A DNA stretch of 64,000 bases from Octopus sinensis (GCF_006345805.1 NC_043008.1:47244001-47308000), one strand, 5' to 3'; positions 37,271 to 51,428 are shown, counted from the stretch's first letter. Translations and numbers: made by a program. Notes: generated by a model not told the origin, from the sequence alone.

Positions 37271-40268
37271 GAACGAATTTCCACTAGCCTCTTACTTCTC
37301 TCTTACCTCCTTTTTCCTATTCTGCCAGAATAACATACTCTCGTACTACTTTCGCTCTATCCATCATGTAAACATTTCCTCTCTCTGCCATAAACTGTTC
37401 CTTCCTGATCGTTAGACTTCTTTTCCGCAGGGCATAACATTTATTTTACTGTTTTGAACTCGTATCTTCCTAGGAGCAAAATAAATTGAAGACAATCTAA
37501 TGCACTGCAACCATTAGAATGTTGCCATTTTGATGGACTATTTGAGATAGCGGTAAGATTGCCAGAAGCGAAAAATTTAAAAGCAACAAACGCAAAAGCA
37601 GAACTATCCAAGAAATACACTTTAAAATACAAACATTTTTTATTCAGAGGCTAATTGACATGGGTCGGGAAGTTCGTTGCCTAAGGAACCGGCTATATCA
37701 GTGTCTATATTTACGTTATGACTGCTTTTAATATCGTGAAATGAAGATCCTTTTTTTCGGTCCTCATTATGTTACCATAGAAAAAAATATAGTTCTATTT
37801 TAGGTGCTACTCCATTAAGATAATTTTCAAATAAAGGACAATAGACGTAATTAAACAGACTTCTAAAGCTGCATGTTTGCTGATTCGTCATTGGTTGTAT
37901 CAGAAACGAGGTCACGTGTAATTACCACACTTATTTCGTCGTTGAATGGGGACTGTAAACGTAAATCTCAGCGTAGAAAAGCTGAATATATTTAAGTACG
38001 TATAAAACCAAATGTCTGGGCATTTTTCTATCTTTCTCTTCTTTTAATTCTTATGATATCTAACGTTTTTTCCAAATCATTCATATATTAACGTCAGTTC
38101 AATCATGTCCCTAGAAATGCTATCACATCTTCCGAACATAAGATTAAAAATATATACAATTTCATCGATCTTCCATCTTTTGAAATAGTATTCGCTGTAA
38201 GGAATCTTACTTTAACCAATGTGTCTTTTATATCCAGCAAAAGGTGATTCTCGAAACGAGGATTTAATTTATGTCAGTGTAATGCAGTCTAAATCTACTT
38301 TGCCTTTTCTAAACTATTTTGTCCTTCTTTCCAAATTTTTGCTCACCCCCAATCGTAAAATTTGAGAAAATAGAATTTTACAAAGATACTTAGAGATTAA
38401 TTTACAAATATTTTACACTGCGCAACACTGTCTCGATAACTTCAAAGACGGGTTTAAAGCGGTCTGCTTTGAAACTCATAAACTCTTCATGGTGTCATAT
38501 GACACAATCACATCTTTAAGTATGAAAGGCGAATATCTTACGGAAAATATTTCTTCAAGTTGATTATCGCATTAAGCAGGATGACCATTGACCAATGATA
38601 ATTAATGTGAAGCAATACTGTTGTATAAAATTAAGTATTAAGTATTAATCTCTAATTAACACGTAGCTCACGTCGTAAATCACCAAAATCCTTCCTATTA
38701 AACAACTCTGAAAGTATCATGAATTTAATGAAATAGACAGAGAAATTGTGGCTTACATTATAAGAAAGGTGATAGATAACGCTATGTTTATCTCTTGGAC
38801 TGATATTAATTCGAAGAGTTAAATGTAATTAATAAAGAAGTACAAAGACAACTAAAATGGCCGTATTCCTTTTTAATAACAAAAGTTAAAGCATTAAAGT
38901 TCATAATATTCAATTTGATAAGAACGGAAATACCGGCAGAAACAACAAAGTAACGGTAAGCAAAGGTATTTAAATGTATTTGATAGTTTGTCGATCGCTG
39001 TGTAGATTGATTTACCTTTCTTGTTTCGGGGTTGGTAGTAGAAATTTTTGAATATTACTTGAAGGTCATTTAATATCGTGTGAAAGAGTATTAATGTGCC
39101 TGATAGAAGACACAATATTAAGATAAGAATGTTGTGTGTGAAACTGGCAGAGTTGGTTACATGAATGTTCTCTATTAAGATGATTAATATAAGCAGAGAA
39201 AGACTTGTATCTACATAGTAAAGCTGGTTTCTCTTTCTCTCCCTCTACCCCCCTCTCTCTCTCTCTTCTATAATCTGTAGATTTTGTTATAATGCAAATG
39301 AAGGCAATAGCTAATTTTAAAATGACAATCAAAATGACTAATGAAACCCAGACATAATACTCTGCAGTACAAAGTGTCATTTCACAGTCAGCTGACTTCA
39401 AATGAAGTCGATAATGATTCTACATGGAACTGCCAACTGCGATATGAGTAATTTATGAGTCGACTCTACTCTTTCTAGTAACTCTACATTCAATGAAGGA
39501 AGAATGGAAATCTTTGTTCGTGATCGTCTTTGAGAAATAGATGATGTTACGACGATGATTTTGTGTATTATTTTACCTTATCGTTCTTAATTGTTACAAA
39601 CTTTTCATAATACTATATACAATGAAGCGGTAAACTACTGTGAGACGAGGTCGTGTGAAGAAATCACTTGTATTAATGAGTTTCAATGAGAAAAGCAACA
39701 CTACAAATGCCCCGAAATGTTTAAGGATACGACGATGCCGAAGAGAGTCTTATCTAATAATGGGAATATCTATTATTTAAAAATGGCTACGAATCACACC
39801 CAGAAGCTATGGCGGATTCCCTTGTTGCAAGTACATTTCTGACATTATTAATGGAAAACTAAAATATATGAACGCCCACGTAGAATGTTATATAACAGCT
39901 TCTTATATCGTAGAGGAGAACTTTTGCGAAATAGCTTTAGGCTAAACACCAACAGGATGCCGTGTTTTTGTCACGAATTGCAATGTAATGAATTAGTAAA
40001 ATCAGATGCAGAGTCTAACGTTTTAACGATAACGCATTTCCAATAGGTAATCCGAAATGATTTATTAAAGTCTACCAAAATTAGATTCCAGAGTATTTTA
40101 GATGGTAGTTACTAAGATGCTACTCTATACACGCTTATGTACACATACACGCGCACGTACGTGGGTGAGTGTGTTTGAGTGTGTGTGTGTGTGTGTGTAC
40201 GAACATGTATGCAGTCTTGTTAGCTAAAGAATGATAATGTGACAAGATGTTTAAAGTTTCTAAATATT

Positions 40269-40445
40269 GGCGTAGGAGTGGCTGTGTGGTAAGTAGATTG
40301 CTTCCCAACCGCATGGTTCCGGGTTCAGTCCCACTGCGTGGCGCCTTGGCCAAGTGCCTCCTACTATAGCCTCAGGCCGGCCAAAGCATTGTGGGTGGAT
40401 TTGGTAGACGTAAACTGAAAGAAGCCCGTCGTATATATGTGTGTG

Positions 40446-40480
<35 letters not shown>

Positions 40481-40700
40481 GTGTGCATGTTTGTGTGTCT
40501 GTGTTTATCCCCCCAACATCGCTTGACAACCAATGCTAGTGTGTTTACTTCCCCGTATATTGGCGGTTCGGCAAAAGAAACCGATAGAATAAGTACTAGG
40601 CTTACAAAGAATAAGTCCTGGGGTCGATTTGCCCGATCGACTAAAGCAGTGCTCCAGCATGGCCACATTCAAATGACTGAAACAAGTAAAAGAATAAAGA
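40269..40700 (+). mobile_element. Full-length SINE family B (tRNA head, CORE-like segment, internal microsatellite, 3' tail)
   Basis: A box tggctgtgtgg, B box ggttcagtccc, CORE-like ccttggccaagtg, internal (TA)/(TG), tail tgactgaaacaagtaaaagaataaaga. Confidence 0.9.
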
Positions 40701-40701
40701 G

Positions 40702-40761
<60 letters not shown>

Positions 40762-41015
40762 TATAATTCAAACAGCTGGGTAGGTTAAAAAATACATGTA
40801 TTGCATGTGTGTTTGTGTGCTATTTATAATAGTTTTGATGTACACGTGCGTATCATGTAAAAGAAAAAACTGTAAACAGCATTATTTCATTTTAAACAAA
40901 TACATACAGTTACATGTATATGCGTGTGTATATGTATACATATTTGAGTATACACATGCACACACACACATACACAGACACACATGCATATAAATATACA
41001 TATATCTGTACGTAC

Positions 41016-41057
<42 letters not shown>

Positions 41058-41065
41058 ACACACGC

Positions 41066-41114
<49 letters not shown>

Positions 41115-41677
41115 GGTAGGTAGGTAGGTACGTAGGTAAGTAGGTAGGTAGGAATACACCTGCAAACAGCGTTTATTGTCAGTGGAGTTAGCTTTGCTCT
41201 CACCTGATATCGCTTGTGCCTGAGACCAAACCTATTCTTGGCTGAATTCATTTGTAAACCAAGTCTCTTCATAAACACTGTCTACATAAAATAGTTGTTC
41301 GTCAACCGCAGAAGAGATAATAGAATATATTAGCGTTATTCAGTAGAATATTTCAGAAATTGTAGATAACTAATAAGCCTAAAATATCTGTATTTAAAAA
41401 ACGAGAATTCCCCAAACTAAACGAAACACCTTAATGCTTGGCATCTGTCCCAATATATTGGTGTTTTTGCATCTGACACAACGTTGCGGCCTAGAAATAC
41501 AAATTTTGAACATTTTTATCCTCGTGTGGCAAGTTATCTAAAATTGATCTATTAATTCCAATAAGTGAAATATTTCTCTTGCTATAATTGTTTCCGTCAC
41601 ATTCTTGTATAATTTCCATTTATTCCTCCATGCACGATCGGTGAGATAAATTTCTCTTAAGTTTGCCTTAAAGTCCT

Positions 41678-41758
41678 CTTACGTGTGAGGCAGCGTTCCC
41701 TTACGTGTGAGGCAGCGTTGCCTTATGTGTGAGGCAGCGTTGCCTTATGTGTGACGCA
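41678..41758. repeat. 22-bp minisatellite, ~3.6 copies
   Basis: Unit cttaYgtgtgaggcagcgttSc in head-to-tail tandem with no spacers. Confidence 0.92.
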
Positions 41759-43345
41759 ATGCTCTCTTCACTTGTGGCCAAAATTGTTCATTCTTTTCGG
41801 CTTTCTGAGTCTGATGCATTATTCAAACGAGCAATACCTGCTGCTGTAAAATAATATCTACATAGAGTTTACAGTTCTTTAGCGATAACGTCTCACAGAA
41901 GGACTTATTTATATCGCGTAAAGAACTGGAAAATGACCCATGAACTCTAATTATGTGTTACAACACTTAGAAGATATTCGCAACTTAAGAATTTTAGTAT
42001 AAACGTCCATGAGATGCTTTCACTAAAGAATTGACTGAACGACATTGACAGTAATTACTAAATAATAAAGAAAAGCAAATTTTATGACAAGCGATGCGCA
42101 ACAACTCATAGTAATTATGCACGGCTATTTAAATAATAAATTACCTCTTTTTCTTAAGAGTTATGGGCATAGCTGTGTGATTAAGATGTTAGATTCAAAA
42201 CTACGAGATATTGAGTTCAATACATTCTCCTTGGCTAAACGAATTCTATAAGTAACACGTAACAACGACAACAGGCTCCTCCCTAAAATTGGACAGGTAG
42301 AAACTTTAAGGAAAGTGATTAGATGGTTCATTCCAGTTCTTTATAACAAGACTCAATCCATTTTCTAACTTTCTTCTACCACCATTCTAATGTGTACATT
42401 TGAGAGAATCCTATCTATTAAAAATGAAATGTCTTGTCTTCTGAGGAACTCTCAAAATGGTACTGGCTGCCTTGAAAACTCAAAAATAGATTTTGAAAAA
42501 TACGCACAAAACATTTTTAGTTGTCGTTGCATCAAACATCATTGGTCACCTACATAAAATGCTGCTGAAAACTTATCTGAGGCAATGTTCATTCGAATGT
42601 ACAAATGAGTCAACCGATTGGAGTTTATTATGGGTAGAAAACCTCCATGTATTCTGCTTAATCTTTGTTGAAAACATTATTTATACTGCTAAAACATTGT
42701 CGCTGTAATTTGAGAGATATTAAAGAAAAACAGAAACGACGTTATCAGATCCCCTTGACTATTGTTTATTGGCAATATCTCAACTAATTTAATGTCACTT
42801 ATTTGTATTTTACAATCGGAGACAGATAAGAAAACATTATGTGGACAAATATAAACGATATAACATAAAGAAATACAGCACACAAATGATTTGATATCAT
42901 TTTATACAATATTTGTCTTGGGGCTATCAACAGAAACTGGAGTGGATTATATGATATTAAAATATATTTATCAATTATTAAAATATATTATCAAAAAATA
43001 CAGCTCTAGAGAAAAATAGAACGAGTTTAAAATAAAATACAATACATAATAAGCCATGATCGTTAAAAGTAATCATAATTTTCTTTAATATAGTTTCACT
43101 GCTTTCAAATTGAAACTACCAATCAATAATACTCGAAAAAATTAATGTTTCAATAAAATGTCTTAATGGGTACGCTCGCTTTCCGAGTCGTTAAGTTCGC
43201 AGAGACATCACACAGAATCATTTCGAATACATCAGGTTTTGATGAAAGAAAATCTCTACAGAGTGGTGTTTTGCAGTGTGAGGCATCCATCACAATTTAG
43301 GTTGTATTTAGGATATCAATTCTATATGTGTGTGTCTGCGCATAT

Positions 43346-43402
<57 letters not shown>

Positions 43403-43562
43403 ATAATTATAATTAGGGTTCAGCTAATTGCTTCACCACATACCGAATTTAGAAATAGGAGTTAAAATTCATTTTCTGCTACTATAAGAATCTGCATGAT
43501 GGTACCATACTTTTTTACAAAGGCAAAGAGAAAAACAATGAATCAACACGACCAGGATTAAC

Positions 43563-43621
43563 TATATACGCGTTTCGAGATTAAAATGTTTTAAAATTTA
43601 CTTACGTATCTCATCAGTATA
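43563..43621 (-). ncRNA. Minimal type-I hammerhead ribozyme with canonical core
   Basis: Minus strand: tata|CTGATGA|ga...tc|GAAA|cgcgT|A|tata; palindromic stem III ACGCGT, stem I tata/tata. Confidence 0.72.
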
Positions 43622-43744
43622 TTATTTCCAATTATAAAATTTGAAAGTGCCATGGCTGAATATGCACACAATCGAGCGATATCATGTAACAGATATCCAA
43701 CCAACACTTCCCAAATTTTGAAATTCTAAGCCATTTGATGTGTA

Positions 43745-43890
43745 ATCTTCTTGAGGAACCATCTCATTTCATGTTGCTCCAGTCCACTCAGCTGGCAACG
43801 GACCGGCGTCCCAACCAGGGCTGACATATTTATGCCACAGAATCTGTGAAAACGGTCTTATGAACCAATGACTCGGTAAGGAACTTTTAA
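43745..43890 (+). mobile_element. SINE family C 3' part
   Basis: atttcatgttgctccagtccactcagctggc...ggcgtcccaaccaggg...atgccacagaa. Confidence 0.45.
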
Positions 43891-43909
43891 TGTTTTGTTT
43901 CTTTTTAAT

Positions 43910-44447
43910 TATTTAATGCAGGTGTTTTATGTGATAGACTCAGACCAGTCCATGCAAATGTTCGTAAATGTATACTGCCTATGTTCAAATGAAACGGAAG
44001 ACACCAAGGAAGATGAAATACGTAGCAAGCTTCAAGTGACAGCTGAAAAAAGAACGAAACTTTATTTGGTGGTGTGACTTGGAGGTTTTAATACCAAACC
44101 GAAATACAGCTGTGACGGTTTTCGGAATGGATGGCTAAGTAATCGATGAAATGGGTGAAAATCGACTGCGCTTTTCGAATGATTTTATATTCTATAGACC
44201 TAACTGATAATTGGCAATGTATCTTTGACTTGTGAAATAAACACAAATATACTTGGATTATATTCAGAAAGAGAACGCCTAGATTTCGCTAATTACATTT
44301 TAATTGATCAAAGATTTAGGGTGTCGCTAAGAGAGGCATTGTTTAAGAGAGCTGTCGATATTGGCAACAATAGGCAGCTCACAATATTCGAGTTAACAAA
44401 TCAGCTAAAACGGAAGATGTCAACTTGAATCTCATGTTTGGAGCTTT

Positions 44448-44497
<50 letters not shown>

Positions 44498-45200
44498 CGG
44501 TAGAAAATGGGAGCTGACAAGAATTTAAAGCTAAGAGCTTAGTGTGAATGTAGAAACAGAATTGATGTTCTCAAGATATTAATGGATGGAACTGAAAGAG
44601 ACAAAGAGGTACATTACAAGAACCAGCTAAAGTTGAAAGCGAAGAGGAAATTGAAGAGGAAAAGTGGAATTAACAATAAAACAAGATACAGGATTCATAA
44701 GAGGAATCAAGCAAGACTTGAATGGAAAGCAGCAGAAAATTTTTGTGAAAGACGACTTAATGTAAAGGAGGAATATCGAAGGTTAAATGGCTGCGCAAAT
44801 TTCATTAATTGTGACAAGGAGTACTTGAATGTTATTGTAGGTAAAACTAAAACCGAAAAAAGCTAGATTAAATAATCACAGAATTAAAGATATTACATGT
44901 ATTGCCAGGTGAAGCCAACAGTCCCCAACTAGACTTTCACTGGATCAGCTTCTGACAAAAGATGACGCAATAAAAAATAGAAGGAAGAAACTTTTTGAAG
45001 CAATATAAAATAGATCAAGTCTACAAAATGAAGACAATACTGTCGCAGCTGAACGGGAACTTGAAATGGAAAAGAGAAAAACATCAAATGACTAGTTGAT
45101 GTCACAAAGTTTATAAAGCCAGTAGAGTGTAATAAAGATGCAAACGTTGGTGAAATTTCACCTGAGATTATAAAAGCTATCCAGGAATGGAGATTTGTCT
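43910..45200 (+). mobile_element. Highly decayed RTE-type LINE (APE region)
   Basis: NVYCL...LVV*LGGFN; NYILIDQRFRVSLREALFKRAVDIGNNRQL resembles IDYILI..RFR.S......RGADIGSDH.L. Confidence 0.55.
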
Positions 45201-46321
45201 AAATAAAGCACATCTATTAGGCCATTAGTTATTATCATGAAAGTATCATTCAGTTTAATCTTAAACAGAATTTACCCGTGTGTGTTCAGAATTTGAGCAA
45301 GTAGGAAACAGATTTCAAAAGAAAAAATGGAAACGACAGCTTATAACGCATCTAAACAACGGAAAAGCAAAGTAGAAACGTCGTCAATAATATTTTGTCT
45401 ATTTCTAGATTTGGGATTTTGTTGTGAACGGACAACACAGCAGAAACGAGTGTTCAATTCATAGCTTAAGCCATTTCTATTGAAAGGAAATTATTCTTTG
45501 AATTGCTTTCTCAGTGGGAGACGTTTAGAAGATTGTTACATTTACCTGAATAGGTGAGGTAGGTAGACCATCTGTTTGTAGGTACCATTTAATTTTTCCA
45601 ACAACTTTTTATTCACAATTACTTTTAAAATGATAACACCTAACAAATAAGCTGGGGTTTCAAAACCTGACGCACCGAGGCATCTCGTTCAAGGAAAACA
45701 ATGGTAGTTTTTAAAGGAAAATATTATTAAAACTGAACTTATTCCTTTATATACAGGTGTGCTTAACATAAAGAAAATTAATTTAACGAGTGCTTATTCC
45801 ATAACGTGTAAGAATCACCCCTGGTTATGTTTGGTCAAAGTCTTAAACATGTCTGGCTCGCAACCCACTTCAAAATTTCTACGTTGGACGATAGTTGTGA
45901 GGATCCCCGATGTCGAATTGGGTACATTCCATCATCGTTTACAATTATGGAAAATCTTGCCTGATCCGACACCGGAGATTCAGTAGTAGATCATAGAGCG
46001 GTTACCTACATGTTTTCTCGGCAATGTACGACCAGAAAGATACACTAAGTCGTCAGTCATCTCCTCTTCTCTCACAATGTTGCTTACTAACTTCGTCTCA
46101 CTAAAGGTGTCAACGTTATGCGATCTGGTGTTATGCTTCCCAAGTATTCTTCTATTCCACATGTTATAAAACTAGATTATGAGCCTAGGTGTACCTCTAT
46201 ATTATCAGTCTTGAAAACAATATTATGGAATACGCCTTCTCTGTCGCTATCTCTCTCTCTCTCTCTCTCTCTCATTCTGTCACTCACTCTGTCTCTCTTT
46301 CTCTGTCTCTCTTTCTTTCTT

Positions 46322-46360
<39 letters not shown>

Positions 46361-46944
46361 ATGCTCATATATATGATTTTGTATGTCACACTGAGGAGCC
46401 CGACGATTTTCACAATGCACACACATCGGCAGGAGAGTTTATATTGTAAAGCTTCTCATAAAAGAGCGTCAATACTTGTTACATAAAGCTGCAATACAAT
46501 TGTGCTTCCATCTAAATGCTGCATGACTACAGCTCGTCTCTTCCGATATAAATATATATTGTGAAAACAAAACAGGTCCTCCAGTGGAAGTTAGCTTATT
46601 TTCTTTACAGCCATCGAATCATCTCTACGTGTTAGTGCATGTGTATGCGAGAACGTATGAGCGTTTATGTATGTATGTGCATATGTGTGTGCTTGTGTTC
46701 AGGTGCGCGTGTATGCGTGTGTTCGTGTCTGTGTGGTGGGGGTCTATGAATTTGTTCGAGTGTTGCTTGTTCGTCAAAAAATTCGCCAGAAGTATTCAGA
46801 CTATTGCCATTGCCGAAAGAAAATTCAACTTTTCTTTAGAATGCGTGTCTTTCTCTGCAATGTTCTGCAGTTTTTATGCATATGGTGCAATTCATATCAT
46901 TTTTTCCTTCAGCATTTCTAATTCTCATAGTCATTTTGTCTAAA

Positions 46945-47003
46945 CACACATACACATGTATATATGCATGTATATAGGCACATACACACACACACACACA
47001 CAC

Positions 47004-47051
<48 letters not shown>

Positions 47052-47063
47052 TATATATATATG

Positions 47064-47114
<51 letters not shown>

Positions 47115-47202
47115 GCATGAATATACATACGTGTGTATTTGTTTATGCAAAACAGCTACGAAAATTAGAAATATATATGTATGTACAAATGTGATTGTAA
47201 GC

Positions 47203-47272
<70 letters not shown>
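46945..47272. repeat. (TA)n/(CA)n/(TG)n compound microsatellite
   Basis: Visible directly. Confidence 0.93.
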
Positions 47273-47274
<2 letters not shown>

Positions 47275-47499
47275 ATACACATATTCCAGTATATGTATGT
47301 AAATATACTTACAATTATGTATGTATTTTTGCAAGTAAAAGTGTGTGCAAATACGAAAATAATGTTTATTTGTCTCGAAATATGTTCTTACCTCTGTATG
47401 GTAATGCTGTACGGTAAAGTTACCGAATGATTTCTTTGCTTGCATATATCGAATAGACGATACCATCAATCTTTATAGGATTGAAAAAGCAGTGTTCAA

Positions 47500-47692
47500 T
47501 AAGTTCTCAGTGTCGTAACAAAAGCATGGTAGTATTTCAGCGCTTAATATTTTGATTTCAAACCTTGCCGATGCATTTTATCCTTTTGGGGTCAATATAT
47601 AGCGGTATCAATCAGGTACCTGGGTCCTGTACTATCAACGTAATCCCTCCCGTTATATTTTGTTGGTTTTGTACCAAATTTAGGAAGAATTA
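47500..47692 (+). mobile_element. Very diverged SINE family A copy
   Basis: gatttcaaaccttgccga...tttatccttttggggtcaa...ggttttgtaccaaattta. Confidence 0.45.
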
Positions 47693-48119
47693 TAATTGTT
47701 TCTTTTCATTGGTTTTTCAATTTTGTTTCTCTTTCTTGCCGAGTGCCTATTAGACACCTAGGACAAGGGAACTCGCTGTATACATTGATAGGTCATTAAA
47801 ATAAACACGCCATTTACAAAATCGAATGCGAAAAAATAAGAAAAAAGTCATTATCATTTAGATGGGTGGTAATCGTTCTCACATCAACAATGCTTTTCTC
47901 AATAAGCGCGATGAACCAGTTAACACAAACTCTCGCACTCCTTGCATGGATGGTAAGCCAGGCATTAATAATGTTGATTGCCTTTATCTATTATTTCCAG
48001 TGCATCTATAATTACAGGTATTTTAGCCACCTTGAGATACCAGATTTGTTTCGATTTCAATGAGCAAATCTTTGTTTTTATAGTGGTATTATTATTCATA
48101 CACACTCAATAGATTAGAC

Positions 48120-48197
48120 TATTATTATCATCATCATCCTCATCATCATCATCATCATCATCACCATCATCATCGTTGTTATTATTATTATTATTAT

Positions 48198-48250
<53 letters not shown>

Positions 48251-48257
48251 TCATTAT
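48120..48257. repeat. (ATT)/(ATC)/(AGT)n compound triplet repeat
   Basis: Visible directly; abuts the R4/Dong 3' end. Confidence 0.93.
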
Positions 48258-49960
48258 TCCGTCGTAAAATAGTTTAGGTAGAAATGCACCGGAATCCCTA
48301 ATCATCTGTCAAGTCACAGCAAGGATCTCAGACAGATAGTACTTTCCTTAAGATGTACGCTTTGCCTACTAATTGCAAACTAGTATTATTAGTACTTTTG
48401 TACTTCTTGTTTTCTTCCCTGTAGGGCAGTATCAGTACTTTGGTCCTGCAGCACACTAGGGAGCTCTCCCCATATTAATGTGAACTGTTCTTTGTAGTGC
48501 GAACTTTTGGTGTTCATAAGTATCTCTGCTGCTCGAGACCCTTTCTTGATGTGACCCGAGGCTCCAATGACAACTGGTATTATATCGGTCTTCATATTCT
48601 ACATTCAATAGATTTTGATCTCCAGGAATTTGTACCTGATCAGCCTCTCACTACCATTTTTGTGCAGTATTTCGCATGTATTATTATATTTCGCATTTTT
48701 CATCATTCTTGTCCTTTATATGGATGTCAGGTTCATTAGTTTTTATCCACATATTTCAGAGGATATCGACCAACACCATATTCTCCATTGATTATTAAAC
48801 TTCATTCTCTACATTCTGTACAAAAGTGCTTTAACAGTTAGCAACTTATACGTCTTCAGATTTAATTAGCTTTGAGTAACCAAAGCGGTTTTAGCTTGGG
48901 AGATATAGTTACGTATTTTTTTTTTCTGGTTCATTATTCTCTTAGTAAGCATCTCTTAAAACTTTTGTTGTGTTGCTGTTAAACATTTTATTCAACTTTT
49001 TCATTTTTTAAATTTCCTTCTGTCTTTTCTCTATTTTCTGCGGCAACTTTTGGCCTCTGAATCTCTTTCGTTGTTTTGAACAATATTGTAGTTCGTAATT
49101 CCTTCATTATCCACATTTCTCACTGAAATTCTTCTACTTTACTTGCTTCTGGTGCTATGTTGTTATCTATTTTATTTTTGATAATATTATTCTTGATAAC
49201 ACAGTTCTTGGTAGGAAAAGAATTGTTTATTTTCTTCAAAGTATTTCGCTCGCTTTTCGTTCCGATTTCCAGTAATGATTTTGCGACTGTCTCTTGTTTC
49301 AGGCGTTTTTTTTTTTCGTCTCAGATGCTTCTTTTTGTCATCTTATCACTAATCTTTCTCTTAGGTTCTTTCTTCATTGATTTCATTCAACATTGAAATA
49401 TCTTTCCTCTTATTTACTATCTTTCTCGCTCTCTTTATTTCACTTCTTGTTGCCTTGAATTTTCGATATTTCTCTATGTCTAAATCTTGGAGTGTGCCAA
49501 ATTTATTTTCCAACAACAGTATCTTATATACAAATATATATATTATTTCCTTAACTGGTAATATTGATTTTACCATTAACTTTGCGATGGACAGATTTCT
49601 TATTTTTCTTGTTGATATTTCATCTAAAACGTTTTTTATTATCTTCCATGGAAATACTTTAGATTGTCCATCGAAAGTTCATTCCTTGTTTTTACTTCTC
49701 TAATTGTTCACACCGTTGTCATGTTCCCGATTTTCATCTTTAGAATTTCTTTTCTACTATCTTCTCCCAATTTTTTTTAATATCAGTTCACTTTTTGGTC
49801 AGTGTTCGTACAATTCATTTTGTTGTCTTTTATATTTTTATTGGTTTTCCATGCTTTGCATTTCTAACAGAACGTATTCTATATTTTATTGTTTAATTCA
49901 CTTTTGGTATTTCAGTTTTCGTTATATGTTCCATATTTTCCATTTTCATTTCGATTTCTG
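48258..49960 (-). mobile_element. R4/Dong-type retrotransposon fragments including the 3' end
   Basis: MKTDIIPVVIGASGHIKKG and LVGKAYILRKVLSV* resemble the R4/Dong C-terminus; upstream Lys/Arg-rich decayed N-terminal region. Confidence 0.7.
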
Positions 49961-50325
49961 ATATTCTATTCTATTTCACAAGTTTTTCTTCGCAAGTCAT
50001 CTAATAACGCTTGGATATCGAACGAACATTTCCCTCCAAAATGTTGTATTAGTTGTAGTTTCCGTTGAAGTTATAACCATGTAGCACTATAAATGTAAAA
50101 CAGCCTCATACTCCTATCCGACGGTGTTGGCTTTATTTGCACGACTCAAATCTCTTTCATTAGATTCTTTCTGTCTGGTGTAAATTCCTGGATTTTCGGT
50201 ACTTTTTATACATTTCTCTACTAATCTTGTTATAACTCATATTTGTGTATTGGCAGCGACTGGAACTTTTGTAGGTGCAGGATGATGGATTACAAAATTC
50301 AAAGTGGTGTTATTCTCAACCAATG

Positions 50326-50458
50326 TAAGGTGTCTGGAAGGCAGAATGGTTTATACATCGGGCAAAATACTCAGCATCACTTCGTGCGTCTTTACGTTGT
50401 CATTTCAAATTCCACCGATGTTCATTTGCCTTCCATCCTTTCTCGGTCAATCAAAATG
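50326..50458 (+). mobile_element. Diverged SINE family A 5' part
   Basis: ggcagaatggtt...cgggcaaaatac...ttcaaattccaccga...tttgccttccatcctttc. Confidence 0.6.
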
Positions 50459-50679
50459 ACGGCCGACCAAGTGCGAGCATCGAGGCAATCGACTTTCCCT
50501 TCCCCTCACACACTGCTGGCCCCGTGCCTGGGTTTGAAACTAAAGCAGCGAACTTGCAGAACCGCTGACACGCCGAATGAAATGCTTATCAGACCACCGC
50601 AACTGCCCAGTTATTCATTGCGGTAATCAGAATTTTGGCATTCAGGTTGGATTTCAACACCGTCTTCACCCTTATTTGA

Positions 50680-51285
50680 TACGCCTCGCTCATCTTGACT
50701 TTCATTTCTGTGTAGAATGTCATCCAGCTCCAAAATCCCTAAATATCTCTACCGTCGGGTCACCCATGTTCCCTCTTGATGGTAACTGCAATCGTCTGCA
50801 GGCTGCTTTCTTACCTCTTTCCATATTAAGTACTGAGCATTTGGTAATCCAAAATTCCATACCGATATCCCTATCACACTTCGGGACTGTTTTGGTTAAG
50901 GAATTTATCTTTTTGTCAGATTTCCCAAACAATTTCAGGTCATCCATAAACAGAGCATGGTTCAATGATGGGCCTTTCCCCCCACATCGGTAACCTATCT
51001 TAACTTTCCCAAGTGTCATTGTTATGGTTACTAGTGCGATTACAAATAGTAATGGGGGAATTGATTCACCTTGGAAGATTCCCTTTTTAATATTAACTTC
51101 TCCGAGGAATACATTACTTGAGTACAATTTGGTCTTCCACTCTTTATGCTATGCATCAGCAAATGTGTGATGTTTTCAGCAACACCAAACATCTGCTGAC
51201 ATTCAACGATCTAAGAATAAGACATCATATCATATGCCTTCTTAATGTCAATCCAATCCAAAGGTATGTTTTTATGATGATTTTA
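50680..51285 (-). mobile_element. R4/Dong-type RT core fragment
   Basis: IKKGIFQGESIPPLLFVIAL...NHALFMDDLKLFGKS...DIGMEFWITKC; upstream WID..KAYD. Confidence 0.88.
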
Positions 51286-51287
51286 CA

Positions 51288-51328
51288 TATTATTATTATT
51301 ATGATTATTATTATTATATTATTATTAT

Positions 51329-51372
<44 letters not shown>

Positions 51373-51375
51373 GTA

Positions 51376-51428
<53 letters not shown>

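Noticed and set aside
39367-39447. Possible exon YKVSFHSQLTSNEVDNDSTWNCQLRY (Ig-like pattern) between ctgcag and gtaatt
   Set aside because: Short, weak polypyrimidine tract and no partner exons; compatible with chance
40269-40345. tRNA gene (also the heads at 10258, 28341 and 62300)
   Set aside because: A/B boxes belong to SINE heads; there is no complete cloverleaf and the sequence continues into the SINE body
41678-41758. CRISPR-like short repeats
   Set aside because: Units are contiguous with no spacers, the context is eukaryotic and there are no cas genes; this is a minisatellite
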